In this document: positions 50,042-62,643 of the stretch, one piece after another
How positions within the stretch are numbered: the first letter of the stretch is position 1
Layout: each line of letters begins with the position of its first letter
Source of the DNA: Squalus acanthias
Taxonomy: Eukaryota
Reading direction: 5' to 3'
DNA: 64,000 bases
Assembly (NCBI GenBank): GCA_030390025.1
Contig: CM059443.1
Location: 63,302,001-63,366,000 of the forward strand
Made by a program: the position numbers and the translations under genes
The notes under the pieces: model-generated
Databases searched by the model: none
Told to the model about the DNA's origin: nothing
The model's input: only the letters and a program-made list of their open reading frames with translations

Positions 50042-50159
50042 ATTTTTCGTGACGGTGAAGAAAGCTTTTCGTGCATCTGGATGGCGTGTCCAGGTGGCCG
50101 TGCTGGCTCTTCCTCCACAATATCTCCCCATGAGGTGCTCTGGCGCCAAGGTTCGCGTG
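50042..50159 (-). CDS. SCAPER: SCAPER internal exon (AREPWRQSTSWGDIVEEEPARPPGHAIQMHEKLSSPSRK)
   Basis: 118 nt, ctctgtAG acceptor, weak AAT/GTGATT donor, phase 1-2; near-identical to recalled human peptide. Confidence 0.92.
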
Positions 50160-50466
50160 CTACAGAGAATAAAACGATAGGAATAAAGAGAAATTAAATC
50201 CGAATGCAGACAATTAACCTGTTTAGAACTTCATCAGAGATAAATTCACATGAAGGTTGCCACTTGAAATGTTAACCTGACTTTTCCTTTCACGTGCTGA
50301 CCGGGCCTGCTGTGTATTTTCTGTTTTTAGTTAACGTTGTGTATTACATTGCATTTCATAAAGGAGGTCCACTTCAACCAAGGAGAAGAATCTCCTAGTC
50401 TGTTAAGCCAAAATCCATTGAGAACACGATTTGAGAATTTGCACATCACTTATGTTAACAGTCATA

Positions 50467-51357
50467 GGGGGAGAAATTCAGTATCGCCCCATTTGGGGCG
50501 CAATTATCGGCCGGGCACAAAGATTAGCGCCTGGCGTTAATTATCGCCACCGACTGCAAACTTGACTTTTATCGCCCCTGGAGGTGATTGGAGCGCTAAA
50601 TCAGGCGCTTCACACCTGTCTTAAGGCGCAAAGGCCGAGGAGCGAGGCGCTACCTCAGAGCGCTGGCGAAGCTCAGGTGATGTCAGTCAGCAATGGAACA
50701 CACACACAATGGCGCGGGCCAGTTCTTAAAGGGGAGGGTTGATCTTGCTTTCCATCCACATCCTGCTCATTGCAGCCTTGAATCTCGGCCTGGAGAGACC
50801 TGCACATCAAATCTGCTGGAAAGAACAATGGAGAGTACCAGGGAAAGAGCTCGGAGTGCAGCCCCCACATTCTCTTCTAAATCGATACAAGGAAGGGCAA
50901 ATCAAAATGTACCTGCAAAGTGCTGCTCAGTACCCAAAACTCCTTCACACAGCGTTGAATCTCTCCAGAAGTCTCTCTCTCTCTCTCAGAATGCGTGGTT
51001 CAAAAATGTCACCAACAATAAAAGGCAGGAAGCAGTCGCCTTTAAATAGCGCTCCCCCAGTCCCTTCCTGACTGCAAAACGCTCCCCTCAACCTGTCGTT
51101 GCTAGCGGCAGGCGGTAAGGCAGGGGGCGCCACTCAATATCCGCTCCGGGGCGATACCGGGGCGTTGCGCACTCGACTGACGTCACAATCTGCCGGCGCA
51201 GGAGATCGTGGCGGTAGTGTTTAGCACCGCCGCAAAATGTCTAGTTAATTTCGCGAGCGGCGCAAACATCGCCGCGCCCAGGCGCTAGATGCTTTGCGCC
51301 CCATTAGCGCCCTCTTAAGGCGCTAACGGGAGGCGCAACCAACTGAATTTTCCCCCC
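50467..51357. mobile_element. Non-autonomous DNA transposon (GC/CpG-rich, Harbinger-like ends)
   Basis: 16-bp TIRs GGGGGRRAAATTCAGT, TA immediately outside both ends, many GGCGC subterminal motifs. Confidence 0.75.
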
Positions 51358-52009
51358 TAAGACTGCAGAATTTTAATCAAGGGTAACTCAGTACAGTTGC
51401 TCTCTTTCCAAAGTCCAACATGATCCGAATCCTGACACACGGTCACAACGAATAATTCTCATCAGAAACTTACATCATTGTACCAAGGTTGAAACTGGCC
51501 CTAAGGATGTAACTCTAGTTATGCCCAGGGGTGAACATTTTTAAATAAAATGAGCATAGCAGCAAGGCCGATCTTTTTTTAAAAAACTTATCTGCTCTTA
51601 AAAGTCGGGCTTCAGGAGAAAGATGACATTTATAGCAATCCGTCCTCAACGGGCACAGACTGCTCACATGAGCACAAGCCCAAGACTGGCCAGGTGGGCA
51701 GTTATTAGGCAGGGATGGAGTAAATTCATTGAAACATTAGACTGTGCAAATACCATCCATCAAACAATCCAATAACCAAAAAAAACTCATTGAATGAGGA
51801 ATACGGAGTCGCGATGGCCATCAAGATTGGGATTAATAAGGTTTTACACTACAGTCCAGGTCTTGGGAGAACAAGCTGAGTCACACTCTCTGACAATTAT
51901 GTGTGAACAGTCCATGTGGCAACAAAACAACAGTGTACACTGAACAAGTGCAGTCTCAGTCAAAGTACAGAATCCTCATTACAGGCCAGATTAGTTGCAA
52001 TGCACATAC

Positions 52010-52100
52010 CTTCATATTCTGCCAGAACATCATTCCAGTCCAGGTTTTGGGATTGTGAGGAAAGACCATAAAGAGACAAGCTCCCGCCGCTCATGCCGGC
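52010..52100 (-). CDS. SCAPER: SCAPER internal exon (AGMSGGSLSLYGLSSQSQNLDWNDVLAEYE)
   Basis: 91 nt, tgtAG/GTATGT, phase 0-1; DWNDVLA[DE]YE motif; missed by the ORF track. Confidence 0.93.
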
Positions 52101-53589
52101 CTACACAACAAAAGAACATCACTTTGATACACTGAACTCAATGTTTTACATGACAAATGCAGTCCAAAAGTTGGACGATTTTACTACAGTAGACAGGGGT
52201 TGCATCTTTTTTTGTGAGGCATAAGTATTAGTTTCATTAAAGAAAAACTCAATACTAATATTAACATCGTCAGTCCTGCTGACTGTAAAGTTCATGAGGT
52301 AAATTGGGCTTGTTTTTCCTCTTTATATCAGAAAAGTCTCAATTCCAGAGATTGAGGCTGTTTATACCAAAACAATGATCTCTAACTGCAATCTCAAACA
52401 AATAATCAGAATAGGCAGGGGAAAGTCCAAGACAAGTATTTTTGGTGCAGTACTCCCCCAAGTGTCGCAAAATATTTACCGATATTATTTAAAAAATGTT
52501 GAGTTTGGGCCCCTCCACTACCAAACGATTGGTCAATGTCAATGACGTAACCCATGCCTCCATTATTCTTTGTGGGAATCGGGTGAACAATACTCTTCTA
52601 ATGCCCCAATAGGTCTTTGGAAACCACCTTATCCATTCCTCCAATTAGCAGCTTATAATTCACTTAAGTCTACCAGAATGCCGACAGCCATTGACGACTA
52701 ATGACCTGTTTATTGCAAGATTCCTCTATTACATTCATCTTGCAGGTATTTTCATTTTTAAGTTCTTAATTTGTCTTCCACTTTTCCCACTATTTAAAAA
52801 AAATGATTTTTGTGCCACTGGGTTAAAGTTCAACCACTGTTACTTTTAATTCCTTCACTGTTATACCATCTTTTTACCTGCTATTCTGAGTGAACTTTTG
52901 ACTTATCAGGCCTTTTTTTAAGGTCCATTTGTTTGGAATCTCTTTTTCTCCCCATTTTCCTCAATTAAATTGTTCGGATCCTTTCCATGGATATTTATTT
53001 AATCTCTGTACTCCTACACCAACTCACTAGTACTCGGAGGCCCTGTACACTATGAAATTCAAAATTAATTCATTCACTAGGCGTACAATCCCTTGGCAAC
53101 ACTCACAAAGCCGACAGTGTAACCCCCTTTCAGTGCACTGCACTAAAAGCTCCATCATCTGCCAGAACGGAGGAAACCCCAAGATGGATATTGTAAGTTG
53201 GCAAGATAATCAACAGCTCACAAAATATGGTTTTACACATCTGGTACAGCAATACGCTAGACATGGGAATGAAGATAAGTCTCACACCAATAACAAAAGA
53301 AACATTATGTCGTTTTATTCAACAAAAAAAGGAATAAAATACAAACTTAGCAGACTGTGCAATGAGGCAATGTATCATGCAAGACTTTTTCACCACAAAA
53401 ATTCAGGAAGAAAGAGGAGAACTTGCATTCATATATCGACTTATTATGTTCTTGGGACTTCTCAAAGTGCCTAAAAGGCAGATAATTGGCGTGCAGATAA
53501 GAGATTTGACTGTATTTGAAAATATTACACTGAACAGTATTAGCCTTATATTGAGCCAAAAATCACAGTGGCAATATTACAAAGTGCTC

Positions 53590-53915
53590 CCCTGTGGGTA
53601 AATGTATCACTTGGTGTGAAACTAAGCCACACAAGACCGGGAAAGCTGCAGGTTTGATTCCTGGTCTTTGTTGAGATAGCTAATCTCAACTGGGCTAGCA
53701 CTAGGGTCATTACAATTGGTCTCTGCCAACGTTCTTGTTCCTGATCACTATTCAGCAATGCCTGATGAAAAATGCCCATTTGGAGCTGTCAGGCTTGACC
53801 GTGATATAATGCACAGTCAAACAGCCTACAGACACGCACTGTCTAGGTTATATAGTAAGAAGATACACTTAGGTGAGATACTGGAGGGTTACCAACATAA
53901 GCGGAACTGTACCTT
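53590..53915 (+). mobile_element. Ancient tRNA-derived SINE (AmnSINE2-like, tentative)
   Basis: CAGGTTTGATTCCTGGTCT..TAGCTAATCTCAAC..TACAATTGG..CACTGTCTAGG. Confidence 0.6.
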
Positions 53916-54058
53916 AGCATCTTCAGGGAAAAGAAAAGTGAGTTAAACAAAAACCTAAAAATTGCGCATGTATTAATACATTGGAGGGGGAAAAAAATTA
54001 CAACCAAGAGCGATGGAACTGCAATAGTTCCTTGGGGAGGCACCCAGGCCGTACTCAC

Positions 54059-54232
54059 CGAGAACTCGCCTTCAGCGTCAGTCTCTAGGTTTATGTCATT
54101 GTTTTCCTCTGCCTGTATTTCTCTTGTTAATTGCTCTTCCTCAGCGATGGCATTAGCGATGGCTTCTTCATTCTCCTTTTCCAGACGATTCGCTAGCTCC
54201 TCTCCTTTGGCAAGAACTGCTGCCATAGATTG
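54059..54232 (-). CDS. SCAPER: SCAPER internal exon (QSMAAVLAKGEELANRLEKENEEAIANAIAEEEQLTREIQAEENNDINLETDAEGEFS)
   Basis: 174 nt, cccctcAG acceptor and GTGAGT donor, phase 0-0; matches recalled human SCAPER SMAEVLAKKEELADRLEKANEEAIASAIAEEEQLTREIEAEENNDINIETD. Confidence 0.95.
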
Positions 54233-54442
54233 CTGAGGGGGAAAACAAGTAAACATTTTACAACAGGTTATGATAATGATCTAAAATAAATACATGAGTA
54301 CCACATATCTGGAGGAAGTTTGTTCTGAACTGTAACTCCTTAGTACTTGTATATTACTGTTTCTAGATAAGACAAATATACAGCAACAAAAACTATTGCA
54401 ACGAATGAAAAGTGCAATGTTCACCCTACAATTTAATCTACA

Positions 54443-54780
54443 ACAAAAGCAACTTGTATTTATATAGCACCTTTAACGTAGTAAAAAGTCCAAAGGTGCT
54501 TCATAGGAGTGTTAGAAAACAAAATTTGACACGGAGCCACATAAGGAGATATTAGGGCAGATGACTAAAAGCTTGGTCAAAGATGTAAGCTTTAAGGAGC
54601 GTCTTAAAGGAGGAGAGAGGTAAAGAGGCAGAGAGGTTTAGGGAGGGAATTCCAGAGCTTAGGGCCTCGGCAGCTGAAGGCACAGCCACCAATGGTGGAG
54701 CGATTAAAATCGAGGATGCTCAAGAGGCCAGAATTGGAGGAGCGCGGATATCTCGGAGGGTTGTGGGGCTGAAGGAGATT
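54443..54780 (-). mobile_element. L2-type LINE 3' fragment
   Basis: Similar to the 29017 and 58770 copies. Confidence 0.8.
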
Positions 54781-56993
54781 AATCTAATAAACAATACATG
54801 AGCCAGTCACACTGCGGCAATCTAACTGTAGCTGTTCAGAGTTGATCCCAAAAGATCAAACTGCAGACCATGTGCTTCCTAACCAGAAGACCCAAGTTTC
54901 AATCTCAGACATGCATCACTCAAATTCAAACTCTGACTTGCTGCTTTTTAATTTTATGTATTTTTCTCATGAGTTGTTGTGCTCAACACTAATGGAGCAC
55001 TTTTCTACTCTTGGCACCCAGTACCAATGACTTCCAAGGCAAGTACAGCTCCCATCCTTTCCCTTTACTCAGTCCCAAACAATGCCTTTAAAATCCAAAA
55101 TAGCCTCAGCTGTGTGACTTCACAGAGATCTACCCATGGTGATACTCTTGTAGTGCAGTAATATCACGGGCACAATGCTCTAAATCATCAGCATCATGAT
55201 ACGTAGGAGCTGCCATTTATAAGAACCTACAGTTCTCTTGGGTTGGTAGATGTTGTTGTGTTAGGTAATAATGTACATTAGGTCAGGTTATGCTGAATTT
55301 GCAGCCTCCAAAACTCAAGGCAGTACAAGTGTGCACGAGTTGAGTAACTCAGCACATATTTGCACGAATGTCTACAGTGGTGCACCCATGTTCCAGAAGA
55401 AGCCACAGCAGTGCAGCTAGCACTGCACGACCGAGGTGGCATTAATTGATAACCCTTACTCATCCGGACAGATTATCTGGTATCAGATGAAAGGACAGAA
55501 CTCTAATAACACTGCAGCACTCGATTCCTCCAAGAGGAACGTGAATCTTAAAGATAGAATGTAGAAAGAGCAAACAGGTTCCAAAATAAATATGGAGGGG
55601 ATTAAAGGGAGTAAGTTTGACTTATGAAGAAGGGTGACAAATATATAAAACTGCCAGAAAAATAGTCTGTGTTCCTGAAATCCATGCAGTCTAATCCAAG
55701 TTTCATGTGAAAAATCACATTTTCCCCTGTTTAAAAATTGAGCATGAATCAATTTCATAATCTCAATAAATCAATAAAAATGTCCTTTTTGTGCTTTTCT
55801 TACATTAAAGGGGTCACTTTTTCCTACTAGACATAGAAGCTTGAAACATTCCAGTCTCGTGATACAGAACTGGATTTAACAACTCATCGTGATAGATTAT
55901 GATATTTAACCCAAAAACAAGGAAAAAGGTTTAATTCACTCCAGTGTAACTAGACAAAAGAACAGTTATACTTTGTGTTTAATTCACAAGACTTTTTTTG
56001 CATTATTTTCTTCCCTCTGGTTCTGAAAACATTACTTATCATAATCTACCACGACGAGTTGCTAAATCCAGATCTGCATCACGAGGCTGGAATGTTTCCA
56101 CGGTATAGTTCCACAACACCTGCAGCTCCACAGTAATCTATCCAAGTGGTCTTACTTTATGAGTGAACTAAGACAGGGAGGATTCTGGTGGAGAGGGCAT
56201 CACAGCCCAGCTTGATCCTCTTTTCACCCAATGCCTACACACGTGCATGCTCTGGGATCACTGGATACAGATCAGTAGTGGGACCCTGGCTAGTTTTTGC
56301 CCTCCCCAGCCAAATAAATCACCCTCAACCGTTCCCCCGACTGAGTTAACACAGAGCAGGAATGACACATGAGACCTATGAGTCGATAGCTTAGTGCTAC
56401 AACTCGGGGTAGCTTTATCCACTATGTCATTAGGGAGTTAGTTACAAGATTTTTATCATAACCAACACATTACTACTCCGATTGTTATTTGGGAAGTGAA
56501 CAATCTTCCATTTAAAAAAAAATGTATAAGCTAAACCTAGACACAACAATTTACCAGTGACTGCATTTGGTCCAGTGGACAGTAGATAAAATTTGAAACC
56601 AACACGTTCCCTCTATAGAGCGAGTCACTTAAAAAAAAATCCACGTTATTAAAAAAGTCATTTTTGTTGTAGATGAGCAGTTTTGTCAATAGCATGTTAG
56701 TAAAGCGAAATGGTGAAATGTATGAAACTGTCCTGTCATACTATGCCTGGTTAATCTGTAAAAAGAAACAAGGCAATTACAGATATTGCCCACCAAAACT
56801 TAAGTTCTGCATGGAGAGAGCATTTTGAGCTGTATAACACAAGGACGAAGCTCTGAAAGTTAGAAGCCTGCCACTGGTAGTGGGAGAAATTGGAGGTGAG
56901 GTGCTGAACTAAGAGCATCATATAAGAAGCAAGTGACAGAACGTTAAAGCATACTGGAACAAGTATGGCATTTCTTTTAGTTTACTGGTATAT

Positions 56994-57390
56994 AGTGTCA
57001 GCTTTGCTCAGTTGGTTGCTGCACTCTCATTCTTTTCAGTCAGAAATTCAAGCCTCACCATCAGGATTTGAGCACATAATTTCGGCTGACACTTCAGTGT
57101 AGCAACTGAGGGAGTTCTGCATTGTCAGAGGTATCATTTTTCAGATGAGGCGTTAAGGCCCAACTGGCTGGTTGAGATAGGCATAAAACAACCCCATGGC
57201 ACGACTGAAAGAGGAGCAGCGAGTACTCATTGAGAAAGACATATGTTGGTGAGGATAACCAACACCACCGAAACCAGATTAACTAGTCATTCATCTCATT
57301 TGCAGTGACTGCACCTCAAAAGTAATTCATTAGATGTGAAATGTCTTGGGACATCTTGAGGACACATGTGAATGCAGATTCTTTCTTTCT
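56994..57390 (+). mobile_element. Decayed Deu-SINE
   Basis: AGTGTCAGCTTTGCTCAGTTGG head, GCATTGTCAGAGG..CAGATGAG core. Confidence 0.65.
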
Positions 57391-58769
57391 TACCAATATA
57401 CTAAGTAAGCCCAGTGAACACTAATGACTTTTGTCAATTTCCTGAGTTTCAAGCTCTGGTACAGACAAACGTGAAAGTGGAAAGAAACAGCTCAATAATT
57501 TAAGATATTTAAATTTTATTTTACAACAGAGATCAATAAAGATACTGCTTACTCAGTGTAATTCTATCTTTAATACAATCTGGTACTGACAGCAATTTAA
57601 GTCCTCCTTTTCTTCCATAATCTGCAGACTTTTATAATGCAGCCTTGGCATCACCTCATCACTACTTGAAAGATCTTGTCTTTTCTCCTACTTTTTTCCT
57701 AACCGTGCTGGTGTTATGCACAATGACACTTGACCCTTTAACTAGGTTTTTCAATTAAAAAAAATACCCTTTCCCTGATTTCTAGTGATGTAATTGGAAA
57801 GAAAACAGATTTAAGAGCAATATGTATCAAAAACATGTTTTACAGATATCTAACCTCACTGAAGAAAGTTAAGTGCTTTCAAATTGATGGTGTGGCTCTC
57901 ATAATTAGGCTTCTTCAGTTTCTAACTATACAAAAGGAAAAAATAATTGAAGGGCTTGACAACTTGATTTCAATGCTGCTGATCTGGGGGGCGGGGGGAG
58001 CGCGGAGGAAAGAGAAAAATTAGCCAAGGCCACACTCCTAATTGGTGTTCAATGACCACAGCTGCAAAGCACCAGTGTGGACATTGGTTGCGGACAGGAT
58101 CAAGTTCAGCTGACTGATACCCTCCATAGATGAATACTGACACTCGCTGCCTAGCCTCATACATGAAGCATAGCCACACAGGTGAGGTACTGGAGTGCTG
58201 CTGGTGGCTTCGGAACCATAGCCCTAGCCGATGTCAGCACCAATACGAGACATGAGGAGTAAAGGACAGCAAATTGGATGGAAGCACACATGGTAGCTTT
58301 CAATACTTGTATCACCATTCTTTTATTGTTTAATCATATGTGGTATATTAATCATTACACACTTCTACATTTTACAACACCAATAGTCTTTGGAACAATG
58401 GAATTTTATATTGTACACAAGTAAACTTAATTTGTTGCGTAAAATCGGATTCTCATAACCTTCAGATAATGTCAATTCTGCACGGTTTAAAAGTGATCAT
58501 TCTATTTGTGTTATCTTGAACTCTGAACTCTTGCTGTCAACAGTAACCTTGTGTGAGTGCCCTGATTGCCAACATTGTTTACATAGACCTAGATCCTTTA
58601 ATCAATTGGTGTTTTGACCAAACAGCCAAGAGATGACAGACATGTTCCTTTGCCTAATTGTGTGAATGGTGCCCACCCAATATGCAGATATGTTGGGAAG
58701 TAGAAGGAGTGTGCCTCTTGTTAAAGATGACACCAGGTTGCCATATTGCACAAATGGTTCAAAGTTAAC

Positions 58770-59352
58770 TCTTTAAACCCTCATCCATACCTTTGTTACC
58801 GCTAGACTTGACTATTCCAACACACTCCTGGCTGGCCTCCCACATTCTACCCTATGTAAACTTGAGGCCATCCAAAACTCGGCTGCCCATGTCACAACTC
58901 GCACCAAGTCCCGTTCACCCATCACCCCTGTGCTCGCTGACCTACAGAGGCTCCCGGTTAAGCAACACCTCGATTTAAAAATTCTCATCCTTGTTTTCAA
59001 TTCCCTCCATGGTCTCATCCCTCGCTACCCACCACCCCCCCCCTGAGATATCTGCGCTCCTGTAATTAGCCCTCCTAAGCAGCCCTGATTTTAATCACTC
59101 AACCATTGGTAGCCACGCCTTCAGCTGCCAAGGCCCTAAGCTCTGGAATTCCCTCCCTAAACCTCTCTACCTCTCTTTCCTCCTTTAAGACACTCCTTAA
59201 AACCTACCTCTTTGACCAAGCTTTTGGTCATCTGCCCTAATTTCGCCTTACGTGGCTCGGTGTCAACATTTTTTTGTCTTATAACACTCCTGTGCAGCAC
59301 CTTGGGACGTTTCACTACGTTAAAGGCGCTATATAAATACAAGTTGTTGATG
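58770..59352 (+). mobile_element. L2-type LINE 3' fragment
   Basis: RLDYSNTLLAG..IQNSAA..WNSLP; tail AAAGGCGCTATATAAATACAAGTTGTTG. Confidence 0.82.
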
Positions 59353-59689
59353 TTGTTATGGGAGAATTTTACAGCACATCAAAAATACACTTGGTTTGTA
59401 ACATTTTAGGCCTCCACATAAAATTGTGAACTTTTCGAAAACAAAAAAATTATCTATTTCCCCATAGCTGTAGGAAGCTGTCAGTCTTCCCTTCCTCCTT
59501 CAATCTACAGGCTTTGAAAGCTCAAGCTTAGCATCACGTGATCACTAGTTCCCAATTTACATCATCCCATCTCCTATTTTCAACCTCGGCGGTGTCCTCC
59601 ACTACCTTGGCCCTTCACGCAAGTTTCTCGATAAAAAAAAGCATAACTGAACAGATTTGAATCGTCACTACAAAGACCTGAATCTTCCA

Positions 59690-59860
59690 TCCGTCTTTCG
59701 GATGCAACGTTAAACCGAGGTCCCATCTGCTCTCTCAGGTGGACGTAAAAGATCCCATGGCATTATTTCAAAGAAGAGCGGGGGTGTTGTCCCTGGTATT
59801 CTGGCCAATATTTATCCCTCAATCAACATCACTAAAACAGATTACCTGGTCATTATCACA
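59690..59860 (+). mobile_element. Deu-SINE core fragment
   Basis: CCGTCTTTCGGATG..GTTAAACCGAGG..GGTGGACGTAAAAGATCCCATGGC. Confidence 0.8.
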
Positions 59861-62136
59861 AGTTGGCGGAGTACAGCTAGACTGCATATGTTGATTCAAC
59901 TGAGACAAGACGAAATGAGACAAGACCCATCACTTCAATCCTGAGCACATGGTCAAAGGGACAAATCACAGATCATGTACAAACAGTACACAGTTCTATT
60001 GGAATCACATATTAACTGTGCAAAGAGGCATAGTTGAGCTCAGCCTCCTATAGTACAACTCAAGCTCTCTTGAAAAGTGAACAGGAAGAAGCCAAGAAAG
60101 CAGCAGGGAGAGATCAGAAAAAGAGGCCATTTTAAATGTGAGCATTAGATCCACATATTATATTCCAGATAACTTAAAAAGTTATAATCAGGTATATATT
60201 TTGACAGAATTTTCTATCAGACCACAAAGCCAACCTTCTATCAAAGCAAATTTTATGGAAACATCAATGGATCTGTTCATGACATACACTGCCCTCAGGT
60301 TTTGTTTTAGTTGTTTTAGCAATTTGACTTATAGGAATGTTCCCACGATAGACTGAAAGTCAGATACATTACATTCAGTAAATAGTCGCAATGTGTTTCA
60401 ACAGAAATCCAAAAGTTTTTCCACAGCAAATGCAGGATGATCTCATCACTGATGGTGTTACAGGAATCTTCCCAAAGAAACTGTAAGTTGCATTGACCAC
60501 AGGGAAGAACAACTTAAACATGAGGTGAGCAACTTTTCAACACATCTCCACTTATGTAATCCTATTGTATTTTTGCTCTTTAAAAAGTATGCTGGAATGA
60601 GTTGCGTATTGCTGGCCGATAACTAATTTTTATGCTCACTATAGTGATATTTCCAATAAACAATGATAAACTAATAGAGAAAAATGAGAATTTATTAGAA
60701 ATATAACTGGAATTTTTATTATAACTGTTCAAAATTGCATGTGTGTATTCTGAATGGAATTGGATGTGTAGCATTCAGTAAAGTTTGGCAGAAAATACAA
60801 TCTCCTTTCATAATTTCCACACAAACTCTTTAAAAGGAGTGGGGAAATTTCCGCTGTCCACTTCGAAATGGAGGAATCAGTTGTTTAATTTACCTCAGAC
60901 AGGTTCATGAGAAGCGCGAAGGGAAGCAGGGTATCTGTGCTGACACTGGATACGTTTGCCTCGAGATTAATGAATCCATGCCTTGGATTAAAATCGAGCA
61001 CACTCTCATTGAAGAATTCCTGCACAAGTTTTATAATTTACAAACCTAGGTGAAGAGCCAAGGCACATAGGGCAGGACACCACCAAGGTAAAAGACAGTA
61101 TGAAAGAAGATAAAGTAAATCAAGAGGTATTAAGTGATGCCAAGCTGTACAAGGATGGTAAGGAGTTGCACAACAAAGAATAAGTTAAGAGTAGGAGATA
61201 GTGTGCTGAGTCTTGATTTCAAGAGTGAGGATGCAAGGAGCAGAAGGAGCAATGACTTAAAAAAAAAGAACATTTGAGACTGAAGGAGAGAAAGGTTGGA
61301 AGCTAGAGTTAAGAGAAGGGATCATCTTTTGAACTAAAAGCAGCTACTTATATGCTGGCCAGGAATAATTATTCCCTCACACTCCGTGTTGTTAATCGAT
61401 GTGCTAGGTCATGCCTGCATGTGAAATAATTACCACAAATTAAAGCATCTTTTGCATTGCAGCTTGGGACTCGGAAGAATGCGTGAACTAGCTGCTCTTC
61501 CACTTTTCATTTTGTGATGTTTGACTGCAGTGTGAGGCCCAAGAGTCTGTTCATGCGCAGGCTGGCTGTGACATTTGCATGCACGGACTAGTGATGTCAT
61601 GCCATCACTACAGAGATAATGGGAAAGTTTCTGAATAATGACATTGTGATATGCCACAGCAGCATGTTTACTAGTCCCAATAAGATCAGTGGCAGCCAGG
61701 AAGAATGTGCCTATATCTCTATTGGTTTACATGGACAGACTCCTGGGCCTCGGACTGTAGTCAAATATCACAGAATATTATTGAACATTTTTCTTATTGA
61801 TCTTTGGGCAAAATGTACAGTATGCAACAAGCTGATTGATGACTTTGTAATCAAAACAAAAAAATGATCAGCAGTTGTTTAAGAATGCCTTAAAATATAT
61901 TATTCTCCATTTTATGTTTGCCTTCACACCATAAATCATTTAATCAACTGATCTAGGCAAGCAGCGTTGTGTGCAAGAGGAAACCAGAATAATTTGCTTG
62001 CTGGTTTTCTCATTTTCTGCTCACTTTATTCCCTGTTATCTCCACCCTTTCTCTTAGCAGCTCAGCCAAGATAGGAAACTCACTGCAGTATGCAACCATC
62101 CACAGACTAACTTTGCCACAGAACAAAGGATTGTGG

Positions 62137-62550
62137 TTTTTATTCATTCTCAAGATGTGGGATGGCAAGGCAAGCATTTCATGCTCAACCCTAGTTGCCG
62201 AGAAGGTGGTGGCGGCCTTTTTGAACTGCTGAGTAGCGGTTTGATGTAACAGAGTGGCTTGCTGGGCCACTTCAGAGGGCAGTTAAGAGTCAACCACGTT
62301 GGTGTGGGAATGGAGTCACATATCGGCCCAGACCGCGTCAGGATGGCAGGTTTCCTTCCCTAAAGGACATCAGTGAGCCAGTTGGGTTTTTACAACAAAC
62401 CTAAAGCTTCATGGTGACTTTTACTGATACCAGCTTATTATTTGCAGATTATTTTTAAAACCGAATTCAAATGGTGGAATTTGAACTCATGTTCTCTAGA
62501 TTATAAATCCAGGCCTCTGGATTACTAGTCCACTACAATACCGTACCCGA
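62137..62550 (-). mobile_element. tRNA-derived SINE with 3' tail shared with the LINE at 3353-3673
   Basis: Reverse complement has a GAGTTCAAATTCC B-box and ends GCCGCCACCACCTTCTC..GCCTTGCCA..CCCACATC..GAATGAATAAAAA. Confidence 0.7.
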
Positions 62551-62643
62551 TTTCCTAAAGACCGCCAAGAGACACAGCTGGCTATTGCAATTTTAATAGT
62601 TAGTTTGTTTCAAATCATACAAAACCAGAAACATAAATTCCTA

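Noticed and set aside
50467-51357. CpG island or promoter with overlapping ORFs
   Set aside because: Bounded by TIRs; the CpG richness reflects a young transposon
57553-57688. Possible SCAPER exon (AG...GTAAGC on the minus strand)
   Set aside because: Purine-rich acceptor, in-frame stop just before the donor, and no similarity to SCAPER
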